Shown here one piece after another: positions 49,697 to 59,389 of a DNA stretch of 64,000 nt. The notes below the pieces were generated by a model. It was not told the origin of the DNA. It searched no databases and was given only the letters and a program-made list of their open reading frames with translations. The number at the start of each line of letters is the position of its first letter. The stretch's first letter is position 1. This stretch comes from Syntrophales bacterium (GTDB taxonomy: Bacteria > Desulfobacterota > Syntrophia > Syntrophales > UBA2210): the NCBI GenBank assembly GCA_963662405.2, contig CAXXKT010000003.1, positions 96,001-160,000 of the forward strand, given 5' to 3'. Made by a program: the position numbers and the translations under genes.

Positions 49697-50433
49697 GGAC
49701 AGCGCCCATTTATTGCTTGCGGGGTCTTCCCCGAGGGCGGACACTGAGCGACCTTCCCAGAAGCGCCTCAATATCCTTTCTGAATTTTTCATCCCCGCAG
49801 GGCCTGCCTGACAGGGCACTTGTCCTTAATCGTTCGACGACTTCCGGTGATTCGGTATCACTGAGATACCGGGACCAGTCATCAATCTCGTCACAGAGAT
49901 GACAGGTCTTCGAAAGAATGTTATCCGAGGTGACCCCGCAGTGGCCACGAGCGCTCGACCAGGGATAGTCTTCGGGGGCGTGGACTGCTCCCGCGCGTAC
50001 CGGGTTGTTTTCTACGTAACGGATCGCAGCGTAAAGATGCCTTTCGTCAAGAATACTGGAATAAAATCGCCCCTGCCAGAGGTATCCGGTTATCCCCTTC
50101 TTGCGGTTGTAATACTGCGAGTATCGCATATGGAGGGTATTGAGGGTCCGGGCAAGTGAATCGTCCTTCCGGGGGACGCACACAAAATGAACATGATTGT
50201 TCATTAAGCAGTACGCCCAGATCTCCAGGGAATATTTCTCCGCGTATTCCTTGAGCCATGCGAGGTATTGACGGTAGTCCGTATCCGATTCAAAGACGGT
50301 CTGCCGGTAGTTTCCCCGCTGGGTTACATGGTACGGATAATCTCTGGCAATGATTCTCGCGACTCGTGGCATGATGTAAAGTCTATGACATGACTCTCAA
50401 GCTGTCAATGAAAAATGGGCGCTGTCCCTATTT
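49691..50433 (-). mobile_element. RAYT locus bounded by inverted AATAGGGACAGCGCCCATT repeats
   Basis: Repeats at 49691-49711 and 50411-50433 flank the transposase. Confidence 0.85.
49710..50372 (-). CDS. REP-associated tyrosine transposase (Y1 HUH)
   Basis: YHVTQRGN, LMNNHVH, WQGRF, YVENNPVRAG, YPWSS, RGRPRK tail. Confidence 0.92.
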   Translation of the reverse strand: MPRVARIIARDYPYHVTQRGNYRQTVFESDTDYRQYLAWLKEYAEKYSLEIWAYCLMNNHVHFVCVPRKDDSLARTLNTLHMRYSQYYNRKKGITGYLWQGRFYSSILDERHLYAAIRYVENNPVRAGAVHAPEDYPWSSARGHCGVTSDNILSKTCHLCDEIDDWSRYLSDTESPEVVERLRTSALSGRPCGDEKFRKDIEALLGRSLSVRPRGRPRKQ

Positions 50434-50498
50434 AAGGCCTCTTTTCTCTTGACAATCCTGTTTTGGGTCACTATATTCCAAAAAGACGATATGGAGGC

Positions 50499-50849
50499 AT
50501 GAGGATGAAGACATTTCTGAAGGTGATGAAGGCACTCTCCGATCCGAGCCGTGTCAGGATCATGAAGATGCTGCAGAAACGGGTCATGTGTGTCTGCGAG
50601 ATCACGGTGGGCCTGGGAGTCGCCCAGTCCACGGCCAGCAAGCACCTGAAGATCCTGGAGGATGCCGGTCTGATTACTTCCTATAAGGAGGGCCTGTGGG
50701 TCAACTACGCATTGGCGGACGGCGAGGCGAGCCCCTACGCGGCATCGCTCATCGGCAATCTGAAGCACTGGCTGGAGGATGATCCCGGCATTGCCGAACT
50801 GGCGCTCCGACTGCCCTTGATTCACCGGGAGGAGATCTGCGGGAAGTAG
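50499..50849 (+). CDS. ArsR/SmtB family regulator
   Basis: KALSDPSR, MCVCE, SKHLKIL. Confidence 0.92.
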   Translation: MRMKTFLKVMKALSDPSRVRIMKMLQKRVMCVCEITVGLGVAQSTASKHLKILEDAGLITSYKEGLWVNYALADGEASPYAASLIGNLKHWLEDDPGIAELALRLPLIHREEICGK

Positions 50850-50924
50850 GGGCTTTTTTTGTCTTGACTATATCGATATATCGCGAAATATAAAATTGGG
50901 GCATAACACGAGGGATCTGTTTTG

Positions 50925-52097
50925 ATGAAAGAACGCACCAAATTACTCATAATAGCCGCGGTCTTTCTGGCGGCCTATTACATCCCGTGGGATCATCCGT
51001 TGATCCGGCAGTCGGGACTGGAGGCCTTCATGATGCTCCGCGAGTACGCCCGCGAGCACGTCCTGACCTGTCTGATCCCCGCCTTCTTCATCGCGGGGGC
51101 GATCGCCGTCTTCGTCTCGCAGGCCTCGGTCCTGAAATATTTCGGCGCCCAGGCGAGCAAGATCCTCTCCTATTCAGTGGCCTCGGTCTCCGGCTCCATA
51201 CTGGCGGTCTGTTCCTGCACCGTCCTGCCCCTCTTTGCCGGGATCTACACCCGGGGGGCGGGGATCGGTCCGGCAACGGCATTCCTCTATTCGGGACCGG
51301 CGATCAACATCCTGGCGATCACCCTGACGGCGAAGGTCCTGGGCTGGGAGATGGGACTGGCACGCGCGATCGGCGCCATCATCTTTGCCGTTATCACCGG
51401 TCTCCTGATGGCGATGATCTTCCGAAAGGACGACGCGGCGCGGACCACCGGCCAGATCTATGTCCCGGACAGTGATGACGGCGGGCGCACCCTCCTGCAA
51501 GACACCCTGTATCTTGTGACGATGGTCCTGGTCCTGATCTTCGCCTCTTTCGCCCGCCCCGCCGAAGGGGCGGCGGGTGTGTGGTCGCTGATCTTCGCGT
51601 ACAAGTGGTATATCACCGCTGTCCTCCTGGCCGTCCTGGCCTGGATGGTGACGGCCTGGTTCCGAAAGGATGAGCGCGTCGCCTGGGTGGATTCGACCTG
51701 GGGCTTCATGAAGCAGATATTTCCCTTCCTGATCGGAGGCGTCCTGGTGGCCGGGTTCCTCCTGGGGAGGCCGGGGCATCCGGCCCTGATCCCGGAGGAG
51801 TGGGTCCAGTCGCTCCTCGGGGGGAATTCGTTGTGGGCGAACCTCTTCGCCTCGGTGGCGGGGGCGCTCATGTATTTCGCGACGCTGACGGAGATCCCGA
51901 TCCTGCAGGGGCTCCTGGGTGCCGGGATGGGGAAGGGGCCCGCCCTGGCCCTGCTCCTGGCCGGTCCAGCCCTGTCGCTACCGAACATGCTGGTGATCGG
52001 GAGCGTCATGGGGGTTAAGAAAACGGCCACCTTCTGCGGGATTATTATCATTATGTCGACAATCGTGGGGCTGCTGTACGGCGCCCTCGTCGGATGA
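50925..52097 (+). CDS. ArsP/DUF318 family permease
   Basis: AVCSCTVLP, FLYSGPAIN, YFATLTE, AGPALSLP. Confidence 0.85.
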   Translation: MKERTKLLIIAAVFLAAYYIPWDHPLIRQSGLEAFMMLREYAREHVLTCLIPAFFIAGAIAVFVSQASVLKYFGAQASKILSYSVASVSGSILAVCSCTVLPLFAGIYTRGAGIGPATAFLYSGPAINILAITLTAKVLGWEMGLARAIGAIIFAVITGLLMAMIFRKDDAARTTGQIYVPDSDDGGRTLLQDTLYLVTMVLVLIFASFARPAEGAAGVWSLIFAYKWYITAVLLAVLAWMVTAWFRKDERVAWVDSTWGFMKQIFPFLIGGVLVAGFLLGRPGHPALIPEEWVQSLLGGNSLWANLFASVAGALMYFATLTEIPILQGLLGAGMGKGPALALLLAGPALSLPNMLVIGSVMGVKKTATFCGIIIIMSTIVGLLYGALVG

Positions 52098-52122
52098 GCA
52101 TTTTTTGAAAGGAGATACGATT

Positions 52123-52356
52123 ATGGAAATAAAGGTACTGGGTCCTGGTTGTCCTAAATGCCAGCAAACGGAAAAAATAGTAAAAGAGGCGGTGGCGGAA
52201 GCCGGCGTGGACGCCGAGATCGAAAAGGTCTCCGATGTCATCAAGATCGCCGGGTACGGCGTCTTCGGGACCCCGGCGGTGGTGATCGACGGGGAGGTCA
52301 AGTCCGTCGGAAAGATCCCCGACAAGGAAGAGATCAAGGGGTGGTTGAAGCCCTGA
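52123..52356 (+). CDS. Small thioredoxin-like redox-active disulfide protein
   Basis: IKVLGPGCPKC, TPAVVIDG. Confidence 0.9.
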   Translation: MEIKVLGPGCPKCQQTEKIVKEAVAEAGVDAEIEKVSDVIKIAGYGVFGTPAVVIDGEVKSVGKIPDKEEIKGWLKP

Positions 52357-52464
52357 CCCGAACCGGTGGATTGAATCTCGCTGGGTATCCTCTGTATGAG
52401 GTAATGCCCCGCCGCATGAGGCTTATGAACCAGAGAACTTAGTGTGTGAAGGAGTAAACAGACG

Positions 52465-53295
52465 ATGGAAATGCAAGCAGCACAAATCATGGCGTTATTG
52501 GTTACGGGTGTAGCCGTCGGTTTCGCCTCGGGGCTTCTGGGCGTGGGCGGGTGTTTTATCATGGTCCCCGTGCAGTACTGGGCGTTGACCTCCATCGGCG
52601 TGGACCCGACCATCGCCATACGGATCGCCTTCGGCACCAACCTGCTGGTGGTGCTTCCCACGGCCTTCAGCGGCGCCATGACCCATCACAGGAAAGGGGC
52701 GGTGCTGTGGAAGGCGGGGGTCACCTTCGGCATTGCCGGTGCAGCAGGCGCCTTTTTCGGTGCCTTTATCGCCTCCCATTTGCCCGGCACGGTGCTGACC
52801 GTGGCCTTCGGTATCGCCGTCATTCTCGGTGCCGTTCGGATGCTCACCGCAAAACCGCCTCAGGTTACGGATGAACCATCGGACAGCCTCGCCTCGTGTA
52901 TCCTCTGGGGTATTCCCCTGGGGATCGTTTCCGGCATCATCGGTATCGGCGGCGGTGTCCTGATGATCCCCGTCATGGTTTATTTCCTGCGGTTCAAGAT
53001 GCACCAGGCCGTGGGGACGTCAACGGCCCTGATGATCTTTACGGCTGCCGGGGGCGCGCTTTCATTCCTGATCAACGGTCTGGGCGTCGAGGGTCTTCCG
53101 CCGTATTCAACGGGGTACCTGAACTGGCTCCAGTGGATCCTGCTGGCCGGGGGCAGTATCCCCCTGGCGGTGGTGGGGGCGAAGACGGCCCATCTCTTAC
53201 CGGCCAGACAGCTCAAATATATATTTATTGCCGTCATGCTTTACATGGGGTTGAAGATGACCGGACTGTTCGCATACCTGGGCCTCCCCATCTAA
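52465..53295 (+). CDS. TSUP (TauE/SafE) family transporter
   Basis: SGLLGVGG, GIIGIGGG, AVGTS. Confidence 0.87.
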   Translation: MEMQAAQIMALLVTGVAVGFASGLLGVGGCFIMVPVQYWALTSIGVDPTIAIRIAFGTNLLVVLPTAFSGAMTHHRKGAVLWKAGVTFGIAGAAGAFFGAFIASHLPGTVLTVAFGIAVILGAVRMLTAKPPQVTDEPSDSLASCILWGIPLGIVSGIIGIGGGVLMIPVMVYFLRFKMHQAVGTSTALMIFTAAGGALSFLINGLGVEGLPPYSTGYLNWLQWILLAGGSIPLAVVGAKTAHLLPARQLKYIFIAVMLYMGLKMTGLFAYLGLPI

Positions 53296-53531
53296 ACATT
53301 CACGATATGGGACGAAAGGAATGCGGTACGGTCCTGCTGTCAGGATGACGTGCGAAACGACGCCCCCGAACAGCGGGGTCCGATGGCGGTAGCTGCTGCG
53401 GGTAGGAATGCTCGCCTGTCGACAGTCAGCGGTATGATCGGGAAAGAATCATCGCAACATGACAAATTAGTAATCTTCAGGTCACGTTGTCGTAAACTTC
53501 CGGATATATGAAGAACGAAGGAGAAACACAT

Positions 53532-53921
53532 ATGAAACGTATTGGCATAACGGTGGCCGTAAGCGCCCTGCTTCTGGCCGTTACGGTGGGAATACTGTCC
53601 GCCGCCGAGCAGACGAAGGACTTTGAACAGGTCCCCGTGAAGGGGATGGTGACCATGATCGATCTGGGGGCGAAAAAGTGCATCCCCTGCAAGATGATGG
53701 CCCCCATCATGGAAAAGATGGACACGGTGTACGAAGGGAAGGCGGCCATCGTATTCATCGACGTGTGGAAACACCGCGAACAGGCCCAGCGCTTCGGTGT
53801 CAAGGCCATTCCCACGCAGATCTTCTTCGACCCGGAGGGCAATGAGATCTTCCGCCACGTCGGGTTCCTGGCGGAAGATGATATTGTGAAACAGCTCGAA
53901 AAAATGGGCATATCGGGATAG
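53532..53921 (+). CDS. Periplasmic thioredoxin family protein
   Basis: Signal peptide, CIPC, IPTQIFFD. Confidence 0.88.
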   Translation: MKRIGITVAVSALLLAVTVGILSAAEQTKDFEQVPVKGMVTMIDLGAKKCIPCKMMAPIMEKMDTVYEGKAAIVFIDVWKHREQAQRFGVKAIPTQIFFDPEGNEIFRHVGFLAEDDIVKQLEKMGISG

Positions 53922-53952
53922 AACCCTGTCGGTTTGAAAGGAGAAGGGCTGG

Positions 53953-54678
53953 ATGTTTGAGACGTTTTTGGTAACGATCAACCAGTGGATCGGCAGCGGC
54001 GTGGCCCTTGCCGCGCTGGGGTGTTTTCTGTGGGGGATGACGAGCGTCCTGCTCAGTCCCTGTCATCTCGCGTCGATCCCCCTGATCGTCGCGTACGTCG
54101 GCGGCCAGGAACGGGCCGTCGAGCCGCGGCAGGCCGCCGTCTATTCGGTCCTCTTTGCCGTGGGGCTGTTTATCACCATCGCCCTGATTGGGGTCGTCTG
54201 CGCCCTCCTGGGGCGGATGCTGGGGGATGTGGGAAACTACTGGCAGATCCTGATCGGCGCCGTCCTGATCTGGGTGGCCCTCGGGATGCTCGGGGTGGAG
54301 AAGTGCTCCATGTCGGGCAGTCTGCTGTACCGTCTTAACCTCAGGGGCTTTGTCGGTGCCTTTGCCCTGGGGCTGGCCTACGGCGTCCTCTCCGGCTCCT
54401 GCACCTTCGGCTTCATCGCCCCGATCCTTGCCATTATCACCGTCCAGGGGAAGATCGCCACCGGTATCCTCCTGATCGTCCTGTTCGCCGTCGGCCATTG
54501 CCTGCCCATCGCGATCGCGGGGAGCTCCACGGCCGCGGTGAGGAAACTGATGGAAAGCAGCACCTGGCAGGGGGCAGGGACCTGGTTCCGCAAGGGGGCG
54601 GGGGTCCTGATCTGTCTCCTGGGAGTCTACTTCATCGTTAGTCCTTTTACGGGTTTCATCAATGCGATCGTATCGTGA
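53953..54678 (+). CDS. CcdA/DsbD-type membrane thiol-disulfide transporter
   Basis: LSPC, GSCT, hydrophobic. Confidence 0.85.
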   Translation: MFETFLVTINQWIGSGVALAALGCFLWGMTSVLLSPCHLASIPLIVAYVGGQERAVEPRQAAVYSVLFAVGLFITIALIGVVCALLGRMLGDVGNYWQILIGAVLIWVALGMLGVEKCSMSGSLLYRLNLRGFVGAFALGLAYGVLSGSCTFGFIAPILAIITVQGKIATGILLIVLFAVGHCLPIAIAGSSTAAVRKLMESSTWQGAGTWFRKGAGVLICLLGVYFIVSPFTGFINAIVS

Positions 54679-54820
54679 AAAGCGAGTATGAAGGTATCGG
54701 AAAGATGGTTCAGTATGTCTGACGGCAGTGAAATTTTTGGCGGTTATTGATAAAAATAGACAATATGAAATATTTAATATATGAATCGTCTGCCATATAC
54801 GGCGCGTGAGAGGAATGGTA

Positions 54821-55330
54821 ATGCGAAACCGGAATCAGTCAGATTGGCGACAGGCCCTGTGGCAGATCCCCCTCATCATTTTCATGGCCGGGCTTGCCGG
54901 GCTCTGCGTCAACTGTCTGCGCCCCGACTCGCTTTCGCTGGTCGGCGACTGGTCGGCGAAGGCCGATACAGCCGAGGTCGAAACCGGGGAAAATATCGTC
55001 ATACCGATTGAAGGGGCACAGAAGCTGTTCTCGGCCGGGCTTGTCCTGTTCATCGACGCCCGTGATGCGGAGGATTACGCGTACTGTCATATCAAGGGGG
55101 CGTTGAGTCTGCCGCTGCACGACGCAGAGCGGCGTTTCCCGGAGATTGCCGGGGGGCTTCCCACGGACAAGATGATCATCACGTATTGTGACGGGGAGGG
55201 GTGTCACATGGGACATGACCTGGCGCTCTTCCTGCGGGAAAAGGGATTTTCCACTGCCTGGGAACTGGTCAACGGGATGACCGTCTGGCTGGACGCCGGT
55301 CTGCCGGTTGAAGAGGGAAACGGGGCGTAA
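54821..55330 (+). CDS. Rhodanese-like domain protein
   Basis: IDAR, HIKGA, YCDGEGC, W..AGLP. Confidence 0.85.
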   Translation: MRNRNQSDWRQALWQIPLIIFMAGLAGLCVNCLRPDSLSLVGDWSAKADTAEVETGENIVIPIEGAQKLFSAGLVLFIDARDAEDYAYCHIKGALSLPLHDAERRFPEIAGGLPTDKMIITYCDGEGCHMGHDLALFLREKGFSTAWELVNGMTVWLDAGLPVEEGNGA

Positions 55331-55348
55331 TCCTGAAGGAGCAAAGAA

Positions 55349-55813
55349 ATGAAATATATCGACATGTTTTTTAAAAATGCCGGCCTCACCGGTATCGTGT
55401 ATTGTGCTGCGCGATGGGTACTCGGCGTGGTGTTTATCTATGCCAGTATCCACAAGATCCTCGATCCGGCGGCCTTCGCGCAGGCGGTCTATAACTATCA
55501 GATCCTCCCGGACGGGTTGGTGAATCTGGCCGCCCTGGTGCTTCCCTGGGTGGAACTCTTCCTGGGCATCTTTCTCATCGCCGGACTCTGGATGCCGGGA
55601 GCCGCGGTGATCAGTACGTTCCTCTTCCTGATCTTCATGGCCGCCCTCTCGTATAACATCGCGCGCGGTCTGGATATCAGCTGCGGGTGTTTTTCCACCG
55701 CTCCATCGGAAGAAGCGGCCGGTATCGGGATCGTCCTGCGGGATGGGATGTTCCTGGTCGTTTCTCTGTACCTTCTCCTTGTTACATGCAGGCCGGCTCC
55801 GGCAGGTAAATAG
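55349..55813 (+). CDS. MauE/DoxX family membrane protein
   Basis: KI.DP..F, LPWVE, GLDISCGCF. Confidence 0.87.
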   Translation: MKYIDMFFKNAGLTGIVYCAARWVLGVVFIYASIHKILDPAAFAQAVYNYQILPDGLVNLAALVLPWVELFLGIFLIAGLWMPGAAVISTFLFLIFMAALSYNIARGLDISCGCFSTAPSEEAAGIGIVLRDGMFLVVSLYLLLVTCRPAPAGK

Positions 55814-55973
55814 GGATCATCACGCCCTTGTATTACAATCGGAAGTCAATTACCAGGGCCCACTACGCCCTTCTGGCGCCTGATATACCTTTTCACGGCA
55901 CGGATATCATCCCGAAACCATACATGACTGGCGGGTTTTTTTGACAGAAGCAGCGGATTATGTCAACAAAGGC

Positions 55974-56001
55974 TTAAGATTTTGCGAGCATCTGCCGATA
56001 G
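55974..56001 (+). promoter_or_regulatory. Sigma28-type promoter candidate
   Basis: TTAAGATT-N12-GCCGATAG, same spacing as 22441-22468. Confidence 0.5.
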
Positions 56002-56149
56002 ATATTGTTGTGACGAGAGTAGCGATGGCGGCATGTGGCGCAGAGTTCCCTATGATCGTTCCATATAAAGGCGTGTGATGAATTTCATGTTTCATGTGAG
56101 AAGACGTTCACTGCAATTACAGTATGAATGAGTTATAAGATCCACGGAA

Positions 56150-56225
56150 ATCGAAGAAAAACAAACCGCTCGTAAGGGCAAGACGCAAAGCCGGGGGGTT
56201 GCTTGCGTGAATTGCCCGGGTGCTG
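56150..56225 (+). ncRNA. Divergent GEMM-I (cyclic dinucleotide) riboswitch-like element
   Basis: ACAAACCGCTCGTAAGGGCAAGACGCAAAGCCGGG...CCCGGGTGC. Confidence 0.55.
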
Positions 56226-56421
56226 AATCCCTCAGGTGGAGGGGACGCGTTGCCCGAATCGTTGAGCTTCATATCGGTCAACGTTCCGGCTTCAGCAATT
56301 TTACATCCAGCGGGCATGTTCTTCTCCAACGTTCTTGTTTATTTATGCTTTTTTGAATCCAGTTCAGGATAACGTCAGGGGACCAACCGTAGAACCATTT
56401 TTCTCGGGGGGTAGGGGGACG

Positions 56422-58038
56422 ATGAGACGATCTTTTATTCTGAAAAGCGCAGACAATCAAAGGGGATACGTCTTGGTCGTCTGCCTGTTGGTTGTCGCCG
56501 CACTTCTCTTGTTGGGGACGACGGCCGTTTTACAGACAGCAACCGATCTCAAGATCAGCAGTAATTATCGAGGGACGGTTCAGGCGTTCTATGCCGCCGA
56601 AGGGGGGGTGGCGTATGGTATTGCAAAGCTGGATAAGGCGCTGCAATCCCTCACACCCAACCTTACTATCTGTTCCCCTTCTCTGTCCGGGTTTACCTTT
56701 TCCGAATTCAGTATCACACAGGGAGCGAGTTCCTACCCGGAGACCCTGAGCAGTGGTACCTTTACCGGTCTGTCCGCTTATTGTAGGAATTACACGATTA
56801 CCAGCAGCGTCAGGGGAGGTGACAATTCCGCCGCGAAGATTGTCGCCGTCGTGAAGGATATCATGATCCCCCTCTTCCAATTCGGGATTTTTTACGAAGA
56901 TGATCTGGAAATTCTCCCTGGGGCGGATATGGCCTTTACGGGGGGAAGAATCCACTCGAACAGTGATATCTATCTGAATCCGGACGGAGCAACCCTCTCT
57001 ATCGACTCCCTCGTCACGACGGCCGGCAATATGTATCGCAGGAGAAAAGGATCGACCGGTTCGGATGGCACGGTCCGGATCAAAGATGGTGATGATCAGT
57101 ATCAAGACATGACCGTCGACAGCGATAGCACAAACTGGGAGACTGAATCCCAGAGTACCTGGGACGGCCGGGTCCAGACGGAGGCTCATGGTGTATCCGA
57201 ATTGGCGCTTCCCTTGGATACAAGCGATTCAAAGGAGATACTGGGAACAGGGAGCGGAAGCCTCTATGCGAAATCCGGCTTGCGCATTGTTGACGGGATT
57301 GCCAGAGATAAGGATGGGAATGTGGTCGATCTGACCTATCCCGATCCGAACGATCCCTCGGTGACAATCAATCCCATCTCCACGTCCACCTTCTACGACC
57401 AGAGGGAGGATGCGACGGTCACCGTCACCGAGGTGAACATGGAGTCTCTCATGGGGAACAGTACCGCCATGGCCACGCTGGCCGATCCACCGGAAGGGGG
57501 GGACGCCGGTATCCTGTACATATCATCTTCGTCGGATTCCATTCGGTTGACGGACGGTGACACCCTTCCGTCAACCGGCATGACCGTGGTAACCGACCGA
57601 TCTCTCTATATCCAGGGAGATTACAATGTATCCAACAGCCCGGCATCCGTCATTGCCGATGCCGTGACCGTCCTCTCCGGCGCGTGGGACGATGCCGACA
57701 GCTATTCTTCCGACCTCAATGACAGGACCGCATCTGATACGACGGTAAATGCCGCGATCATGGGGGGGAACAGGAATACCCAGGGGAACCAGTACAGTGG
57801 CGGCGCCGAGAATTTCATCCGTTTCCTCGAGGATTGGGGCGGCAAGACATTGACCTACACCGGTTCCCTCGTTTGTCTCTGGGAGAGTCAGTATGCGACG
57901 GGGAATTGGTCGTACGGATCTCCGGTGTATACTGCCCCGACCCGAAACTGGTCCTACGGAATGAGCAGCAGCACACTTCCCCCGGGAACACCGCGGGTGC
58001 ACACGCTGCAGGTCAAATCGTGGCAGCAGATCTATTAA
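56422..58038 (+). CDS. PilX N-terminal domain pilus assembly-like protein
   Basis: NQRGYVLV prepilin-like site, TM, AFYAAEGG, GRIHSN, NFIRFLEDW. Confidence 0.75.
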   Translation: MRRSFILKSADNQRGYVLVVCLLVVAALLLLGTTAVLQTATDLKISSNYRGTVQAFYAAEGGVAYGIAKLDKALQSLTPNLTICSPSLSGFTFSEFSITQGASSYPETLSSGTFTGLSAYCRNYTITSSVRGGDNSAAKIVAVVKDIMIPLFQFGIFYEDDLEILPGADMAFTGGRIHSNSDIYLNPDGATLSIDSLVTTAGNMYRRRKGSTGSDGTVRIKDGDDQYQDMTVDSDSTNWETESQSTWDGRVQTEAHGVSELALPLDTSDSKEILGTGSGSLYAKSGLRIVDGIARDKDGNVVDLTYPDPNDPSVTINPISTSTFYDQREDATVTVTEVNMESLMGNSTAMATLADPPEGGDAGILYISSSSDSIRLTDGDTLPSTGMTVVTDRSLYIQGDYNVSNSPASVIADAVTVLSGAWDDADSYSSDLNDRTASDTTVNAAIMGGNRNTQGNQYSGGAENFIRFLEDWGGKTLTYTGSLVCLWESQYATGNWSYGSPVYTAPTRNWSYGMSSSTLPPGTPRVHTLQVKSWQQIY

Positions 58039-58044
58039 ACAGGT

Positions 58045-58129
58045 AAACAGGGACAGCGCCCATTTTCCGCCTGATGCACGAAACTGCTTAATATTCAGGC
58101 AGTTATAAAAATGGGCGCTGTCCCTGTTT
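58045..58129. repeat. REPIN-like inverted doublet (variant arms AAACAGGG/CCCTGTTT)
   Basis: Same repeat with a matched substitution in both arms. Confidence 0.88.
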
Positions 58130-58407
58130 AATGGTCATGAAATTCCCCTTGCGTATATCAAATCATGTATTATGTTATAGCTGTTTTTCTTCCTGAGTAA
58201 CTCACTGCAGGACACAATCTCAATAGATCTGTGGCTGTATTGTTGGATCCGGACATTTCGGAAAGGCGGAAAGAGATACTCTGGAATTGGCTCATGACGG
58301 ATTGCACCCCATATCAACAAAAAAAGGTACTCAACACTGGTGCAAAAATGGGCAAAATAGTGTAATGCTTGTCGGAATTTCACAGATAGACAGGAGAAAA
58401 AGATCAT

Positions 58408-59388
58408 ATGGACATTACAGAGATTACCCGCCGAATTGAAAAGGAGAGCCTCACGTTCCGGCAGGTCGCGGCCGAAATCGAGAAGGTGATCGTCGGGCAG
58501 ACGGGTCTGGTGAACCGGATGCTGATCGGCCTTTTGTGCAGAGGGCATCTCCTCCTGGAGGGACTCCCCGGTCTTGCCAAGACGACCGCCGTCAAGGCGC
58601 TCGCGGATGCCATCAACACCTCCTTCAAACGGATCCAGTTTACGCCCGATCTCCTCCCGGCGGATATCATCGGGACCCAGATCTACCGGCCGGACAACGG
58701 ATCGTTCGAGGTCAACAAGGGGCCGATCTTTAATAATATCATCCTGGCGGATGAGATCAACCGGGCGCCGGCCAAGGTCCAGAGCGCCCTGTTGGAGGCG
58801 ATGCAGGAGCACCAGGTGACGATCCGGGACGCCACCTTTACCCTTCATGACCCCTTTCTCGTCCTGGCCACCCAGAACCCCATCGAGCAGGAGGGGACGT
58901 ACCCCCTCCCCGAGGCACAGATCGACCGTTTCATGATGAAGATCACGGTCGACTATCCCTCGGCTGAGGAGGAAAAGGAGATCGTCAAGCGGGTCCGGGG
59001 CGGCTTTCCCCAGGACAATCCGCAGGTGGTGGATATTTCCGACCTCAATGCGGCACGGGAGGCGCTCCATGAGATCCACATGGAGGAAAAGCTGGTCGAT
59101 TATATCGTCAGGGTGGTGAGGGCCACCCGGGAACCGGGTCGGTATCAGGCGGATCTGGAACATATGATCGCCTACGGCGCCTCCCCCCGGGGATCGATCT
59201 GGCTCGAAGAGGCGGCGCGGGCGCACGCCTTCCTGAGTGGAAGGGGATATGTGACGCCTCAGGATGTCAAATCGATGGCCCCCGATGTCCTCAGGCACCG
59301 CATCATCCTGAGTTATGAGGCGGAGGCCGAAGGCAGGACGACCGACGATATCATCAATATACTCCTGGAGCGTGTCGAGGTCCCGTAG
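58408..59388 (+). CDS. moxR: MoxR family AAA+ ATPase
   Basis: GLPGLAKT, RIQFTPDLLPAD, DEINRAP, TQNPIEQEGTYPLPEAQ. Confidence 0.95.
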   Translation: MDITEITRRIEKESLTFRQVAAEIEKVIVGQTGLVNRMLIGLLCRGHLLLEGLPGLAKTTAVKALADAINTSFKRIQFTPDLLPADIIGTQIYRPDNGSFEVNKGPIFNNIILADEINRAPAKVQSALLEAMQEHQVTIRDATFTLHDPFLVLATQNPIEQEGTYPLPEAQIDRFMMKITVDYPSAEEEKEIVKRVRGGFPQDNPQVVDISDLNAAREALHEIHMEEKLVDYIVRVVRATREPGRYQADLEHMIAYGASPRGSIWLEEAARAHAFLSGRGYVTPQDVKSMAPDVLRHRIILSYEAEAEGRTTDDIINILLERVEVP

Positions 59389-59389
59389 G

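Noticed and set aside
50868..50893. Possible ArsR operator CTATATCGATATATCGCGAAATATA
   Set aside because: Plausible position, but low-complexity AT-rich symmetry is too weak to call by eye
55808..55830. AAATAGGGATCATCACGCCC as another repeat copy
   Set aside because: Only a partial match with no clear partner arm
20961..58129. Repeat AATAGGGACAGCGCCCATT as a CRISPR array
   Set aside because: Copies are dispersed inverted pairs, not tandem direct repeats with unique spacers; no cas genes; the repeat flanks a RAYT
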